Shown here piece after piece: positions 23,021-32,827 of a stretch of DNA of 64,000 bases. Under the pieces are notes generated by a model. That model worked only from the letters and a program-made list of their open reading frames with translations, did no database searches and was not told where the DNA came from. Numbering within the stretch: the stretch's first letter is position 1; every line of letters begins with the position of its first letter. The stretch comes from Candidatus Bilamarchaeaceae archaeon (GTDB lineage Archaea; Micrarchaeota; Micrarchaeia; Anstonellales; Bilamarchaeaceae): contig JAVZJR010000001.1 of NCBI GenBank assembly GCA_038870635.1, positions 116,740-180,739 on the forward strand, read 5' to 3'. The position numbers and the translations under genes were made by a program.

Positions 23021-24211
23021 TCACCACGAAAATTTCTCATGTTTTAATTCTTTATAAACGAGCAAGAGATTATAACATAGCATAAGATACCAATAAAAGA
23101 AATAATATAATATTATGGGGATTATACCAACTTTCTCATTTTTAAAGCTGCCAAGAACCAAAGCAAGCCAAGCAACAGAAGCAAGACCAGCAAAAAAAAG
23201 AGGAACAGAAATTGGGTTTATCCCCATACCTATACTCTCTATAAAAATGTAGGAAACATAGTAAGGTGTATTTACTATCGCATTTATCATAAGACCTAAA
23301 ACTATGAAAAAAGATGCTAATGTTATGAAGTTTAAAGGAACAAAAAATAGTCCAAAATCACCATATTCTGGTGTTATAAGATGCTTGTAGTTCCAATAGT
23401 TTCTTACACCTCCCCGCTGCCACCTTACTCTTTGTTTTATTAAATCCTGAATTGTTTCGGGGGGATTAGTATAAACTTCTGCCTTTACTGAACTTCTTAT
23501 TTTAAAGTGATGTTTTTGTATTCTCAATGCTATTTCTTGGTCTTCTACTAAATTATGCTCGTCAAAACCACCAACTTTTTTGAAAACAGATGCACGAAAT
23601 ATAGAGAAAGGGCCAGGAGTAACAGGTACCGCGTCTATAAAACTCAACAACTTTCTTGAGAAAATTATCATCAGATATTCTATTCTTTGCAACTCTACAA
23701 GCAACGAATTTGATGGTCTAATCTTTATGGCAGGAGTAACTGCCATCACTTCTGGGTCATCCTTAAAAAAGGCAAGAAGCTGCTTAAGAGTTTTTGGTAG
23801 AACATAGGAATCGGCGTCCATTGTTACTATGAATTCTCCTTTAGCGATTTTAAGTCCATGGTTAAGAGCTGCACCCTTACCTGCATTTTTTTGTGTTACA
23901 ACTCTAACACCATATTTTTCAAACTTTTTCGCTTCTTCTTCTGTCAAGTCAGTTGAGCCATCGTTTATAACAATAATATCTAATTTATCTTTAGGATAGT
24001 CAAGCTCTAATAAAGTTTGAAGGCACTTCCCTATATATTTTTCTTCATTGTATGCAGGCACTATTATGCTAACTAACGGTGTAAAATTTTCATCTATCGG
24101 GGGTTCTTCTTCATAATTTTTTTTGTATGTGAAAAGAAGAAGAAAGTAAAAAACCACCACATAAACAGAAAAAAAAGCAACAAAGTAATTGAGTGCGTGT
24201 ACTAAGTCCAT
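23021..24211 (-). CDS. Processive GT2 glycosyltransferase
   Basis: VPAYNEE, DGSTD, DADS, ED, QRVRW; multiple TMs. Confidence 0.93.
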   Translation of the reverse strand: MDLVHALNYFVAFFSVYVVVFYFLLLFTYKKNYEEEPPIDENFTPLVSIIVPAYNEEKYIGKCLQTLLELDYPKDKLDIIVINDGSTDLTEEEAKKFEKYGVRVVTQKNAGKGAALNHGLKIAKGEFIVTMDADSYVLPKTLKQLLAFFKDDPEVMAVTPAIKIRPSNSLLVELQRIEYLMIIFSRKLLSFIDAVPVTPGPFSIFRASVFKKVGGFDEHNLVEDQEIALRIQKHHFKIRSSVKAEVYTNPPETIQDLIKQRVRWQRGGVRNYWNYKHLITPEYGDFGLFFVPLNFITLASFFIVLGLMINAIVNTPYYVSYIFIESIGMGINPISVPLFFAGLASVAWLALVLGSFKNEKVGIIPIILYYFFYWYLMLCYNLLLVYKELKHEKFSW

Positions 24212-24224
24212 TAAAAATCAAGCC

Positions 24225-25100
24225 TCAGAAACCAAAAAGAAGATTCTTAGAAAAGAAAAGTGCAAGCACCATTCCAACTAACAAAAACGGAATAAACGGT
24301 GGAAGATCGGTGTACACCCAAATCGTTTGCAAACCTGCCTCCTTTAAACGCTGAATCTCGCTTACTGTTGCCAACCTCTTAATATTGTATTGTTTAATAA
24401 TTGCAGGTTCTATAAGTTCTAAGGCGAAAACATCTTCGGGTTCTACCTTTTCTAGTGGTAATTGCTCTGCGAGCATTAAAATGATGTCCTGCTTATAAAC
24501 CATAAAAAATATAGATGCCAAAAGTAAAACTGAAATTATAAATAGATAAGTTAAAGAAAAAACAGGGGAATTAATATAAACGTAAATAAAAAACAAAAAA
24601 GGCAAAAGAAGAAGAAGGTAGAGAAGATTGGGTGTGCCGCCTTGAGATATTATTTTCAAAGCAAACTTTATTGTAACATACACGGTCAATAAGAGACCGC
24701 CATATATCATAGCAGGGATTATAAAAGGTAAATTAAACGACAAACCAGCAAAAGAAGGAACAAAAGGTATGAGTAGCATGACAGAAGTTATGACAATAAC
24801 ATCTGCGCCACCTATTTGCCCAAACCTGTAAAAAATATAACCTATTACAGAAATAAATAACGCTGCGCCAAATGTAAACAAAAGAACATCAAAATCAGGT
24901 TGCATAAGGTAAAAAACAATGTTAAGCAAGATAGCAATACCTAAAAAAGAGTAAAGGATTTTATCAGGAACATTCTTTTTGTTAAAAAGATCGTAGTAAG
25001 AAGCAACAAGAACACCAATAAAAGCCACGATAACCCTCAAAACTTCTCCAGCAACAGGGACATTTGTGAATAACACCTTTTCTATCATTCCATCAAGCAT
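24225..25100 (-). CDS. Prepilin/preflagellin peptidase (A24 family)
   Basis: YYDL, IGGAD catalytic Asp motifs; C-terminal PFIPFL. Confidence 0.85.
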   Translation of the reverse strand: MLDGMIEKVLFTNVPVAGEVLRVIVAFIGVLVASYYDLFNKKNVPDKILYSFLGIAILLNIVFYLMQPDFDVLLFTFGAALFISVIGYIFYRFGQIGGADVIVITSVMLLIPFVPSFAGLSFNLPFIIPAMIYGGLLLTVYVTIKFALKIISQGGTPNLLYLLLLLPFLFFIYVYINSPVFSLTYLFIISVLLLASIFFMVYKQDIILMLAEQLPLEKVEPEDVFALELIEPAIIKQYNIKRLATVSEIQRLKEAGLQTIWVYTDLPPFIPFLLVGMVLALFFSKNLLFGF

Positions 25101-25151
25101 AAAATCACGAATTTAATTTAACGCGGAATGAATAAAAAAGTATAGTTTAGC

Positions 25152-25424
25152 CTATTCCATTAGGTTTTTTAGCGCCTCGCTGGTGAGGTCATTGGAAAGT
25201 GCTTGATCAAGACCAGGTATGCCACCACTAGCTGTGCCTTCTGTTGAGATAGTATGAGTAGAAACAGATGTTTTCTCAACTACTGCGAAGTCTATCTGCA
25301 ACATATTACCACAAACAGGGCATTTTCCGATAGCAGTCATTTGCTGAAGCTCGATATTACCGTTAAAAATAAAATTAAGCTCTGCCCCACACTTAAGACA
25401 TTTAACGTTTCTTTTCAAGTCCAT
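25152..25424 (-). CDS. Small zinc-ribbon protein
   Basis: CLKCG and CPVCG. Confidence 0.7.
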   Translation of the reverse strand: MDLKRNVKCLKCGAELNFIFNGNIELQQMTAIGKCPVCGNMLQIDFAVVEKTSVSTHTISTEGTASGGIPGLDQALSNDLTSEALKNLME

Positions 25425-25469
25425 AGAATCGCCAAAATTTAATCTAACGTTTATAATATAAACATTACT

Positions 25470-26609
25470 TTACATCACATCTAGTTTTGTCTTATTGGAT
25501 GAACTAAGAGGTAAGCTCCCTCCGCTTGAAGGCGATTTCACTTTATCGTTGAGCAAAATATCTTTTTTAGCGAATTCCATTCTTTGCTTTAGTAGTTCAA
25601 CCAAACTTTCAAGTTTTAATAAAACAGGATCTTTTATGCGGACATGTAAACCTAACTTGGAAGCGTTTGAGAGTAATTTTTTTGTTGTTTCTAATCGTTG
25701 CTCACGTGCTAACTCAATCTTCTCCATCATTTTTTTTATTAATTCTATAGAATTGGCATTAGAGACCAAATTCTCCATACATTCCGAGCAAACCTTTCTT
25801 GTTTCACTGCTCTGGGTGGTTGCAATGCTGTGAGGTAAATAACAAAATGAAGAAAGAACGTTCTGGCCATTTTTGCCTGCAAAAGCAATTACCTGCACGG
25901 CCAAATCTTTTATTTGTTGATTGCCTAAAGAAATACCAAGTCGATACATTAACTTAACACTTTCCAGAAAAGGCGGCGGGTCATTCTTGCTACGTGCAGG
26001 CAAGAGATAGCCATTTTTAAGAGGCAGAAGTATAATATTTAGCAGCGAAATCGTATGTGCTATAGTTTTTTCTTTTTCGCTCTCTTTCGCACCGTTTGAC
26101 AAAAATACAAAATTATCTACAAGAGCATGTGAAATAGAAAGGAAAAAGGCAGGCGGTAATTCGACGCCCTTAGCTACCGCATGTTTTATTGTTTCTTTTA
26201 TAACATAATGAGATTGATAACTAAAAGAATCACGATCAACTAGATAGTTTCCTAAAGCATTGAGAATAGAAGAACGGAGTGGGTTATCCTCTGAGTAATG
26301 TTTTAATGCAATTAAAAAAGCGCGGTGAGCAAGTTTGCCTGCTTCGCTCAGCTCCGTTTCTGAGATTATTTTTGCAACACTTTCAATATCAAGATAGCAC
26401 GATATTAAAGCAAGCTTGACCAACTCTATACGAGGATAACTTATTTTTTTAGCTGCATCATTAAAAGCAGCTTCTTCAAGCATCATAAGAACAGAGTAGT
26501 TAATTGTCTTATCTAAAGATAAAATTTCATTTTTTATTTTATCTATATTTTTTCTTTCTAAAGAGTTTAAGTCAGCACATATCCTCCTTATTTTTTCCAT
26601 ATCTCCCAT
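25470..26609 (-). CDS. Hypothetical alpha-helical protein
   Basis: 379-aa ORF with GGGGG SD; no motif recognised. Confidence 0.65.
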   Translation of the reverse strand: MGDMEKIRRICADLNSLERKNIDKIKNEILSLDKTINYSVLMMLEEAAFNDAAKKISYPRIELVKLALISCYLDIESVAKIISETELSEAGKLAHRAFLIALKHYSEDNPLRSSILNALGNYLVDRDSFSYQSHYVIKETIKHAVAKGVELPPAFFLSISHALVDNFVFLSNGAKESEKEKTIAHTISLLNIILLPLKNGYLLPARSKNDPPPFLESVKLMYRLGISLGNQQIKDLAVQVIAFAGKNGQNVLSSFCYLPHSIATTQSSETRKVCSECMENLVSNANSIELIKKMMEKIELAREQRLETTKKLLSNASKLGLHVRIKDPVLLKLESLVELLKQRMEFAKKDILLNDKVKSPSSGGSLPLSSSNKTKLDVM

Positions 26610-26758
26610 ACAACCCCCACAAATTATTTATTTAGTAAAGTTTATAAAGTTTTATTTTATGTTTTTTTATGTATAATGTCTGCTAATCTGGGAAGATAAA
26701 AATTTCTTGCAAAAATATTATAAGAAAATTTAAATATTTAATGAATTATTAAATAGTC

Positions 26759-27853
26759 ATGTCGAAAATAAGATGCGCAGTTGTAGGTGTTGGTAATTGC
26801 TTTGCAGGCTTAGTGCAAGGAATAGAATATTACAGACAAAACCCAAAAATGGAAATAATAGGAGTTATGCATCCCAAAATAGGTGGCTATTCAATATACG
26901 ATCTTGACTTTGTGGCTGCATTCGATGTTGATAAAAAAAAGGTTGGAAAACCTTTGAACGAAGCAGTATATGCTGAACCAAACAAAGTAAGATGGGTGCC
27001 TAAACTTAGCACAATGAATGATGTTGTTGTAAAGCAAGCTCCACGTTTGGATGGAGTTGGGCACTATGTTGAGAAAGTTGTTGAACCGGTTCCGGAAAGG
27101 CCGCTCGATGAACTAAGAAAAGAAATAATAGAAGAGTTAAAAGAAAAAAAAGTAGAGATTCTTGTTTCTTATCTACCAGTAGGGTCAGATAATGCGACCA
27201 AGTTTTGGGCGCAAGTATGTTTGGATACAAAAATAGCATTTGTAAATTGTATGCCAAGTTTTATAGCATCGGATCCACAATGGGCAAAAAAATTTTCCGA
27301 TGCAGGAGTACCGGTGATTGGAGATGATATAAAAGGGCAAGTAGGCGCCACCATAGTCCACCGAACACTTGCAAAACTCTGCGATGACCGTGGAACAAAA
27401 ATAGAACGCACTTATCAGATAAATGTCGGCGGCAATACTGATTTCCTATCTATGAAAGAGCAAGAGAGATTGCATTCAAAAAAAATATCAAAAACAGAAA
27501 GTGTGCAAAGCCAACTCAAACAGCGATTGCCAGACGATAGCATTTATGTTGGCCCTTCTGATTTCATCCCATTTTTAGGAAATACAAAACTTATGTTTAT
27601 GCGTATAGAAGGCAGGATGTGGGCGAACATACCATACAACATAGAGGTTAGATTAGAAGTAGATGATAAAGCCAACTCTGCCGGTATTGTAGTAGATGCA
27701 ATAAGACTTGCAAAAATTGCGTTAGACAGAAAAATGGGCGGGCCTATAATTGCGGCTTCAGCTTATCTTATGAAACATCCACCCTTACAAATGAGTGATG
27801 CGGACGCAAAAAAAGCATTAGAGGAATTTATAGAAAACAAAAGGAATATATAA
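26759..27853 (+). CDS. ino1: Myo-inositol-1-phosphate synthase
   Basis: GVGNC, YLPVGS, GDDIKGQVGAT, NVGGNTDF, NSAG. Confidence 0.96.
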   Translation: MSKIRCAVVGVGNCFAGLVQGIEYYRQNPKMEIIGVMHPKIGGYSIYDLDFVAAFDVDKKKVGKPLNEAVYAEPNKVRWVPKLSTMNDVVVKQAPRLDGVGHYVEKVVEPVPERPLDELRKEIIEELKEKKVEILVSYLPVGSDNATKFWAQVCLDTKIAFVNCMPSFIASDPQWAKKFSDAGVPVIGDDIKGQVGATIVHRTLAKLCDDRGTKIERTYQINVGGNTDFLSMKEQERLHSKKISKTESVQSQLKQRLPDDSIYVGPSDFIPFLGNTKLMFMRIEGRMWANIPYNIEVRLEVDDKANSAGIVVDAIRLAKIALDRKMGGPIIAASAYLMKHPPLQMSDADAKKALEEFIENKRNI

Positions 27854-27878
27854 AAAGAAAACAAAAATAATAAAAAAA

Positions 27879-28160
27879 TTAGAATTTTGGCATTATGTCT
27901 GGTTTCTCGTCAGTGAGTAAGAGTAAATATGGTAACCAGCTAATTGCATAACCAACATATGCCATAATTATCTTGTTTAATATTTCGAGCCTCTTACCAA
28001 AAATAAGTACATACAAGAATTGCAATGGCATGGCAATGTAAACCGAAATTACTGCAAGTACGCCCATGATTATACCCACTATTACAAAGTACACTAATCG
28101 AATAAACAATTCCACTCTATTTGCTTCTTCCTCAAAAGGAAGTTTTACGTCCACTCTCAT
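27879..28160 (-). CDS. DUF4389-like small membrane protein
   Basis: NRVELFIR...YLLLLTDEKP. Confidence 0.75.
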   Translation of the reverse strand: MRVDVKLPFEEEANRVELFIRLVYFVIVGIIMGVLAVISVYIAMPLQFLYVLIFGKRLEILNKIIMAYVGYAISWLPYLLLLTDEKPDIMPKF

Positions 28161-28181
28161 CAGTTCACCTCTAAAAATTTT

Positions 28182-29597
28182 CTAATATGATTTCTCCGAT
28201 AACTTAATAAAGGTTGTAGCTAAAAGCCTTACTCCCGCTCCACTGGCCCCTTTTTCAAGATAAGGATGGTTTGTATTGATGAGGTCAACGCCTGCTATAT
28301 CTAAATGCGCCCATTTAGTATCACCGACAAACTCCTTAAGAAAAACTGCACCTGTTATTGAACCAGCCTCGCCAGTATCACTTATATTCTTTATATCAGC
28401 GATGTCAGATTTCATCATTTCACTATATTCTTTCCAAATAGGTAAACGCCATACCCTTTCAAAAGTTTCCTTTCCCGCATCTTCAATTACTTTTGCTAAT
28501 TCATCATCGTTGCTGAATAAACCAACAGCGTGTCTTCCAAGTGCAATAATTATCGCACCAGTAAGTGTTGCGATATCTATTATATAATCAGGTTTCTTTT
28601 CTGCAATATAGGAAAGAGCATCTGCAAGTATAAGACGACCTTCAGCATCAGTATTCAATACTTCTATTGTTTTTCCATTATATGCTTTCCAGATATCTCC
28701 TGGTCTTTGTGCGGTAGCAGAAGGTAAATTTTCCGCAAGAGGCAAAACAGCAAGAAGACGAATTGGAAGTTTTAATTCTGCAACTGCCTTTATTGTAGCA
28801 AGGGCTGCCAACGCGCCAGACTTGTCATATTTCATTTCATGCATTTTCGCAGATGGTTTTATTGAGATACCGCCACTATCAAAAGTTATACCTTTGCCAA
28901 CAACTGCGCAATAAGGCCTTTTGGCGCCTTCATACTCTAAAATTACTAAGTATGGTGGGTTTTTACTTCCTGCACCTACAGCAAGCAATGCATTCATACC
29001 CATTTTTTTCAGTTTTTTCTCGTCAAAAACAGTAGCTTTAAGATTATATGTTTTAGCTAAATTAAGCGCCTCTTTAACAATAGCCGAGGGCGTTATTATG
29101 TTTGCTGGTTTTTCATCAAGGGAACGCATATAGTTTTGTGCAGATGCAAGCACCTCACCTAACCTCACTTCTTTTTTTATGTCTTTATCAGATATAAGTA
29201 TAAGCCGTTCAACAAAACTCTCCTCAACTTTACTTTTAAATTCGGTACATTTATAATTTGCAAGAATTGCGCCTTCTGTAATCAATTGCGCAGCTTTATT
29301 TAAATTTGGCACGACAATGCCAACTTCTTTATATTTAAAATAGCGTGCCATACGAATCGCAGCGCCCCCGCCTCTTCGTAGAAAATCATCTTCAAATTCC
29401 TCTTTTTTACCAAGCGAGTAAAAAGAGATTCTTTTGTAAGGTTTTCCTTTAACCGCAGTTGAATAAACAGAACCTGTCTTTCCCTCCAAATTTTTAAAAT
29501 CATCTTTAAAATCTTCAAAATCTTTTGGAAAATCTTTCTCAAAACCAAAGAAAAAAACAACATCTCCTGATAAGTTTCTCTTGATACAAATTTCCAT
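28182..29597 (-). CDS. pepA: Leucyl aminopeptidase (M17)
   Basis: GKGITFDSGG, NTDAEGRL, ATLTGA, HLDIAG. Confidence 0.96.
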   Translation of the reverse strand: MEICIKRNLSGDVVFFFGFEKDFPKDFEDFKDDFKNLEGKTGSVYSTAVKGKPYKRISFYSLGKKEEFEDDFLRRGGGAAIRMARYFKYKEVGIVVPNLNKAAQLITEGAILANYKCTEFKSKVEESFVERLILISDKDIKKEVRLGEVLASAQNYMRSLDEKPANIITPSAIVKEALNLAKTYNLKATVFDEKKLKKMGMNALLAVGAGSKNPPYLVILEYEGAKRPYCAVVGKGITFDSGGISIKPSAKMHEMKYDKSGALAALATIKAVAELKLPIRLLAVLPLAENLPSATAQRPGDIWKAYNGKTIEVLNTDAEGRLILADALSYIAEKKPDYIIDIATLTGAIIIALGRHAVGLFSNDDELAKVIEDAGKETFERVWRLPIWKEYSEMMKSDIADIKNISDTGEAGSITGAVFLKEFVGDTKWAHLDIAGVDLINTNHPYLEKGASGAGVRLLATTFIKLSEKSY

Positions 29598-29657
29598 ATC
29601 ACCACCTGATAGACCATTTCATCTTCTCTTTAAAAATTTAGCTGATAAATTTAAACT

Positions 29658-30509
29658 ATGGCTAAAAAAGAGGGCGTTAGATTTGGACCAGCTGGTATCC
29701 CCATTCAATGTGAAGGACGAAGCACATTAGATGGCGTTCGTTGTTGTTACGAACTTGGTCTAAAAGCCATGGAAATGGAATTTGTACAAGGCGTTCGATT
29801 AAATAAAAACGCGGCAGCAGAAGTTGGAAAGGTTGCAGAACAACTTGACATCTCTCTTTCTTCTCATGCACCCTACTTCATAAATTTTTGCTCTAAAGAG
29901 GAAACAAAAATAAAGAATAGTATAAGAAACTTAGTAGAAGCTGCAGTGGCAACGGCTTCGGCAAAAGGCAGTATAACTGTTTTTCATCCTGGTTTTTACC
30001 AAGGCCAAGGAAAAGAGGAGGCATATCAAAGGGCCAAGAAAAACATCATGGCAGCATATGAAAAAGTAAAAGAAGCAGGAGCGGAAAAAGTAATTCTTGG
30101 CGCAGAAACAGTAGGCAAAAAAAGTGCTTTTGGCGGATTCGAAGAAGTTGTAAGATTGGCATCGGAATTAGAGTATGTACAACCAGTACTTGATTTTGCA
30201 CACATGCACGCTCGAAGAGATTTCATTATAAAAGGAGTTGATGACTACAGAAAAATATTTGAAATTTTAGAGAAAAAATTAGGAGACTATGTACACCATT
30301 TCCACAGCCATTTCTCTGAAATAAGGTACAGTGAGAAAGGAGAGCTATCCCATCTTCCACTTGGCACAAATAATGAACCGCCAATAGAACCTTTGCTTAA
30401 AGTAATAGTAGAGAATGGCTATTCCGGAACAATAATATGTGAAACACCGCAATTAGATATCGATGCACAAAAAATGCAAAAAATTTACAGCAGGATGGTG
30501 AAAAAATGA
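29658..30509 (+). CDS. nfo: Endonuclease IV-like TIM-barrel protein
   Basis: HAPYFIN, FHPG, ETVGK, DFAH, ICETP. Confidence 0.85.
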   Translation: MAKKEGVRFGPAGIPIQCEGRSTLDGVRCCYELGLKAMEMEFVQGVRLNKNAAAEVGKVAEQLDISLSSHAPYFINFCSKEETKIKNSIRNLVEAAVATASAKGSITVFHPGFYQGQGKEEAYQRAKKNIMAAYEKVKEAGAEKVILGAETVGKKSAFGGFEEVVRLASELEYVQPVLDFAHMHARRDFIIKGVDDYRKIFEILEKKLGDYVHHFHSHFSEIRYSEKGELSHLPLGTNNEPPIEPLLKVIVENGYSGTIICETPQLDIDAQKMQKIYSRMVKK

Positions 30510-31396
30510 GCGAGTTATTAGTAGATTATCTTGAAGATGCTGCGGCTTTCATAAAGAAAAGAAAAGAACGCCTTAACGAACTTGAAAAATATTATAGAGA
30601 AACCTATTCAAAAGATATAAGAGAAGAGATGGAAATCATAAAAAAAGAGATAAGAAAAAAGAGAAAAGAGATAACAGACAAACTTTATGAAAACTCAGAA
30701 GAACTTAATTACATAAAAAAATACTTTCCAGATTTTTTTGAAGTGCTTCTTGAAGAGGACGAAATAGGAAAAATAATAAAAAAAGAAGATTTACTTTACG
30801 ACCGATTAAGATTTCCGGGAGCACGTCAACATTTACTTAGGTTAAAAGCTGCGCGTGCACAATTAAAAGACGCTATTGATTTTCTAGAGAAGTGGCCCGG
30901 CATTATAAAAGAAAAACAACTCATTGCAACCTATCCAATCCTCAAGGGCGAGATAGAAGGGGATAAGGAAAGCGGGGAGATAATAGAGAAAATAAAAGAA
31001 CTTGAAAAAAAATTAGTGCACGAAGGATGGAAAGTAATAATAAGTAATGAGGATATACTTCTTGAATTTCTCGATAAATATATAAAAAAACTAAATAAAG
31101 CAGAGATTAATCTAAAAAAAGCACAATTGAATTATGAGGATGCAAAAGGAAAAGGAACCGTGACAGAAAACAACGCCCTTCGAATGTTAAGAGCAGCAGA
31201 AAAAAATAAAAAAAACATTGAAGAGCGCATAAGAAAAATGCTTTTGGCTAATCCCTTAGTGCTTGCAAAACTAAAAAAGAAAAAATGGTTGGCAAGGGAT
31301 AAAAAAACACAACTGGAAAAAATTGCAGAAAAAATAACGCCAAAAAAAATAAAAGAAAAGGTTTGGTTAACTGAAATGAAAAAAAGATTAGGCTAG
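30506..31396 (+). CDS. Hypothetical coiled-coil protein
   Basis: ATGA overlap with upstream gene; K/E rich. Confidence 0.7.
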   Translation: MSELLVDYLEDAAAFIKKRKERLNELEKYYRETYSKDIREEMEIIKKEIRKKRKEITDKLYENSEELNYIKKYFPDFFEVLLEEDEIGKIIKKEDLLYDRLRFPGARQHLLRLKAARAQLKDAIDFLEKWPGIIKEKQLIATYPILKGEIEGDKESGEIIEKIKELEKKLVHEGWKVIISNEDILLEFLDKYIKKLNKAEINLKKAQLNYEDAKGKGTVTENNALRMLRAAEKNKKNIEERIRKMLLANPLVLAKLKKKKWLARDKKTQLEKIAEKITPKKIKEKVWLTEMKKRLG

Positions 31397-31915
31397 TTAT
31401 TTTCTTTTTAGCTCGTCTAACGCAGCTTTTGCTACTTCTTTATCGTTCTTACTGTAGAAAGGATTTTTCTCTATTACTTCGTTAAAGAAATTATACAATA
31501 AAGAGAGCGTTCTTTCTCTATTAGAACGAAAAGCCTTTTTTATGTAATTTGAACTCAGAGGATTACCCTCAAGCAGATAACATATTGCTAAATAAAAGTT
31601 AGCCTCGTGTCTGTCTGGATCAATTTCTATACAAGACAAAAATTTTCTTTTTGCAGCCTCAGTATCTAACATTTCTAAATAAGCAAGCCCATCAAAAAAA
31701 AGAGGGTCGTAGTCTTTCTTTAATAAAAATGAACGCTCAAAATACTCGTGGGCGCTTTCATAATTTTTCAAACGCATAGAGATAATACCAAGTAAATACC
31801 AAGCAGTGGGATCATCTTTCGTTTTTAATAGGTAATCATTTAGAAGCTTCGCAGCATCACGATATTTTGCTTTTAAAAGAAGGGACTTAACCCTTGCTTC
31901 TTCAACTTTGTCCAT
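31397..31915 (-). CDS. TPR-repeat protein
   Basis: AWYLLG, A..YFERS, ANFYLA repeats. Confidence 0.8.
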   Translation of the reverse strand: MDKVEEARVKSLLLKAKYRDAAKLLNDYLLKTKDDPTAWYLLGIISMRLKNYESAHEYFERSFLLKKDYDPLFFDGLAYLEMLDTEAAKRKFLSCIEIDPDRHEANFYLAICYLLEGNPLSSNYIKKAFRSNRERTLSLLYNFFNEVIEKNPFYSKNDKEVAKAALDELKRK

Positions 31916-32074
31916 ATTAAGACCTTCTCTGTATTCTTTAAAAAACATTTGCACCGAGCATTTTTTAAATGTTTATTTTTGTATATAAATATGTAAATAA
32001 AAAGAAAATTAAAGGTAAGCTTTAAAAATAGTTTTGTATATATATTTCGCTATAAGTGGAAAGATGTGGTTTTA

Positions 32075-32335
32075 ATGTTCAAAAAAGAAGAGAGAAAAGA
32101 ACAACGTCTTCAAAGAGTTCCTGAATTAGATATAAAGATTGCAGAAGGTAATAATACGAATAGAGTCATAGGTGGAGCGGTTAGAGTGTGCTGTCAGTCA
32201 CGAGAAGCAGAAAACAACATAAGAGAAGCTGAGAGAGCGCTACAAATTAAAAAAAATGAAGAAAAACTCGGACTTGATGTAGGGAAACTTGTTAAAAATT
32301 TCACAAACTTTTTAGGGATTAAAAAAATAGTATAA
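32075..32335 (+). CDS. Hypothetical protein
   Basis: Short ORF after TATA-like AT tract. Confidence 0.45.
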   Translation: MFKKEERKEQRLQRVPELDIKIAEGNNTNRVIGGAVRVCCQSREAENNIREAERALQIKKNEEKLGLDVGKLVKNFTNFLGIKKIV

Positions 32336-32392
32336 ATCTCATTTTGAGAGCAGAAAGAAAAGATTTTAATTCGCAACTTCTAATTACAAAAT

Positions 32393-32827
32393 ATGCGGGG
32401 AGTAACAATAGTAAAAACACGACCACAACCAATAAAAGCAATAGAAACAGCAGAAATAGCGTTGGAGCTTATAAAAGCAGCTGAAGAAAAAATAAAAAAC
32501 CAAAACACTGAAGAGACGTATACAACATCATTACAAGCAATAAGAATGGCTGCGGCATCGTTGATGTTTATGGATGGCTATATCGCTCCAACACTAGAAG
32601 GCGCTGTAGAATATATAAAAAATAATCACCCTCGTCTCAACGCAGAAGAATGGAAGATATATGAATACAATCATCCAAAAAATAGGAGTATAGTAGATGC
32701 GATACTTGAAATGTTAAATATAAAAAAGAAAATAAACGAAGAGGAGATGTCGGATAAAGTTTTTTCACTTGCGAAAGAGTTTGTAAATTATGCGGAGAGA
32801 GCGACAAAATATGGAAAAATTGAGTGA
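32393..32827 (+). CDS. HEPN-like protein
   Basis: Helix pattern LIKAAEE...SLQAIRMAAASL..DG and C-terminal AKEFV; no RxxxxH. Confidence 0.5.
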   Translation: MRGVTIVKTRPQPIKAIETAEIALELIKAAEEKIKNQNTEETYTTSLQAIRMAAASLMFMDGYIAPTLEGAVEYIKNNHPRLNAEEWKIYEYNHPKNRSIVDAILEMLNIKKKINEEEMSDKVFSLAKEFVNYAERATKYGKIE

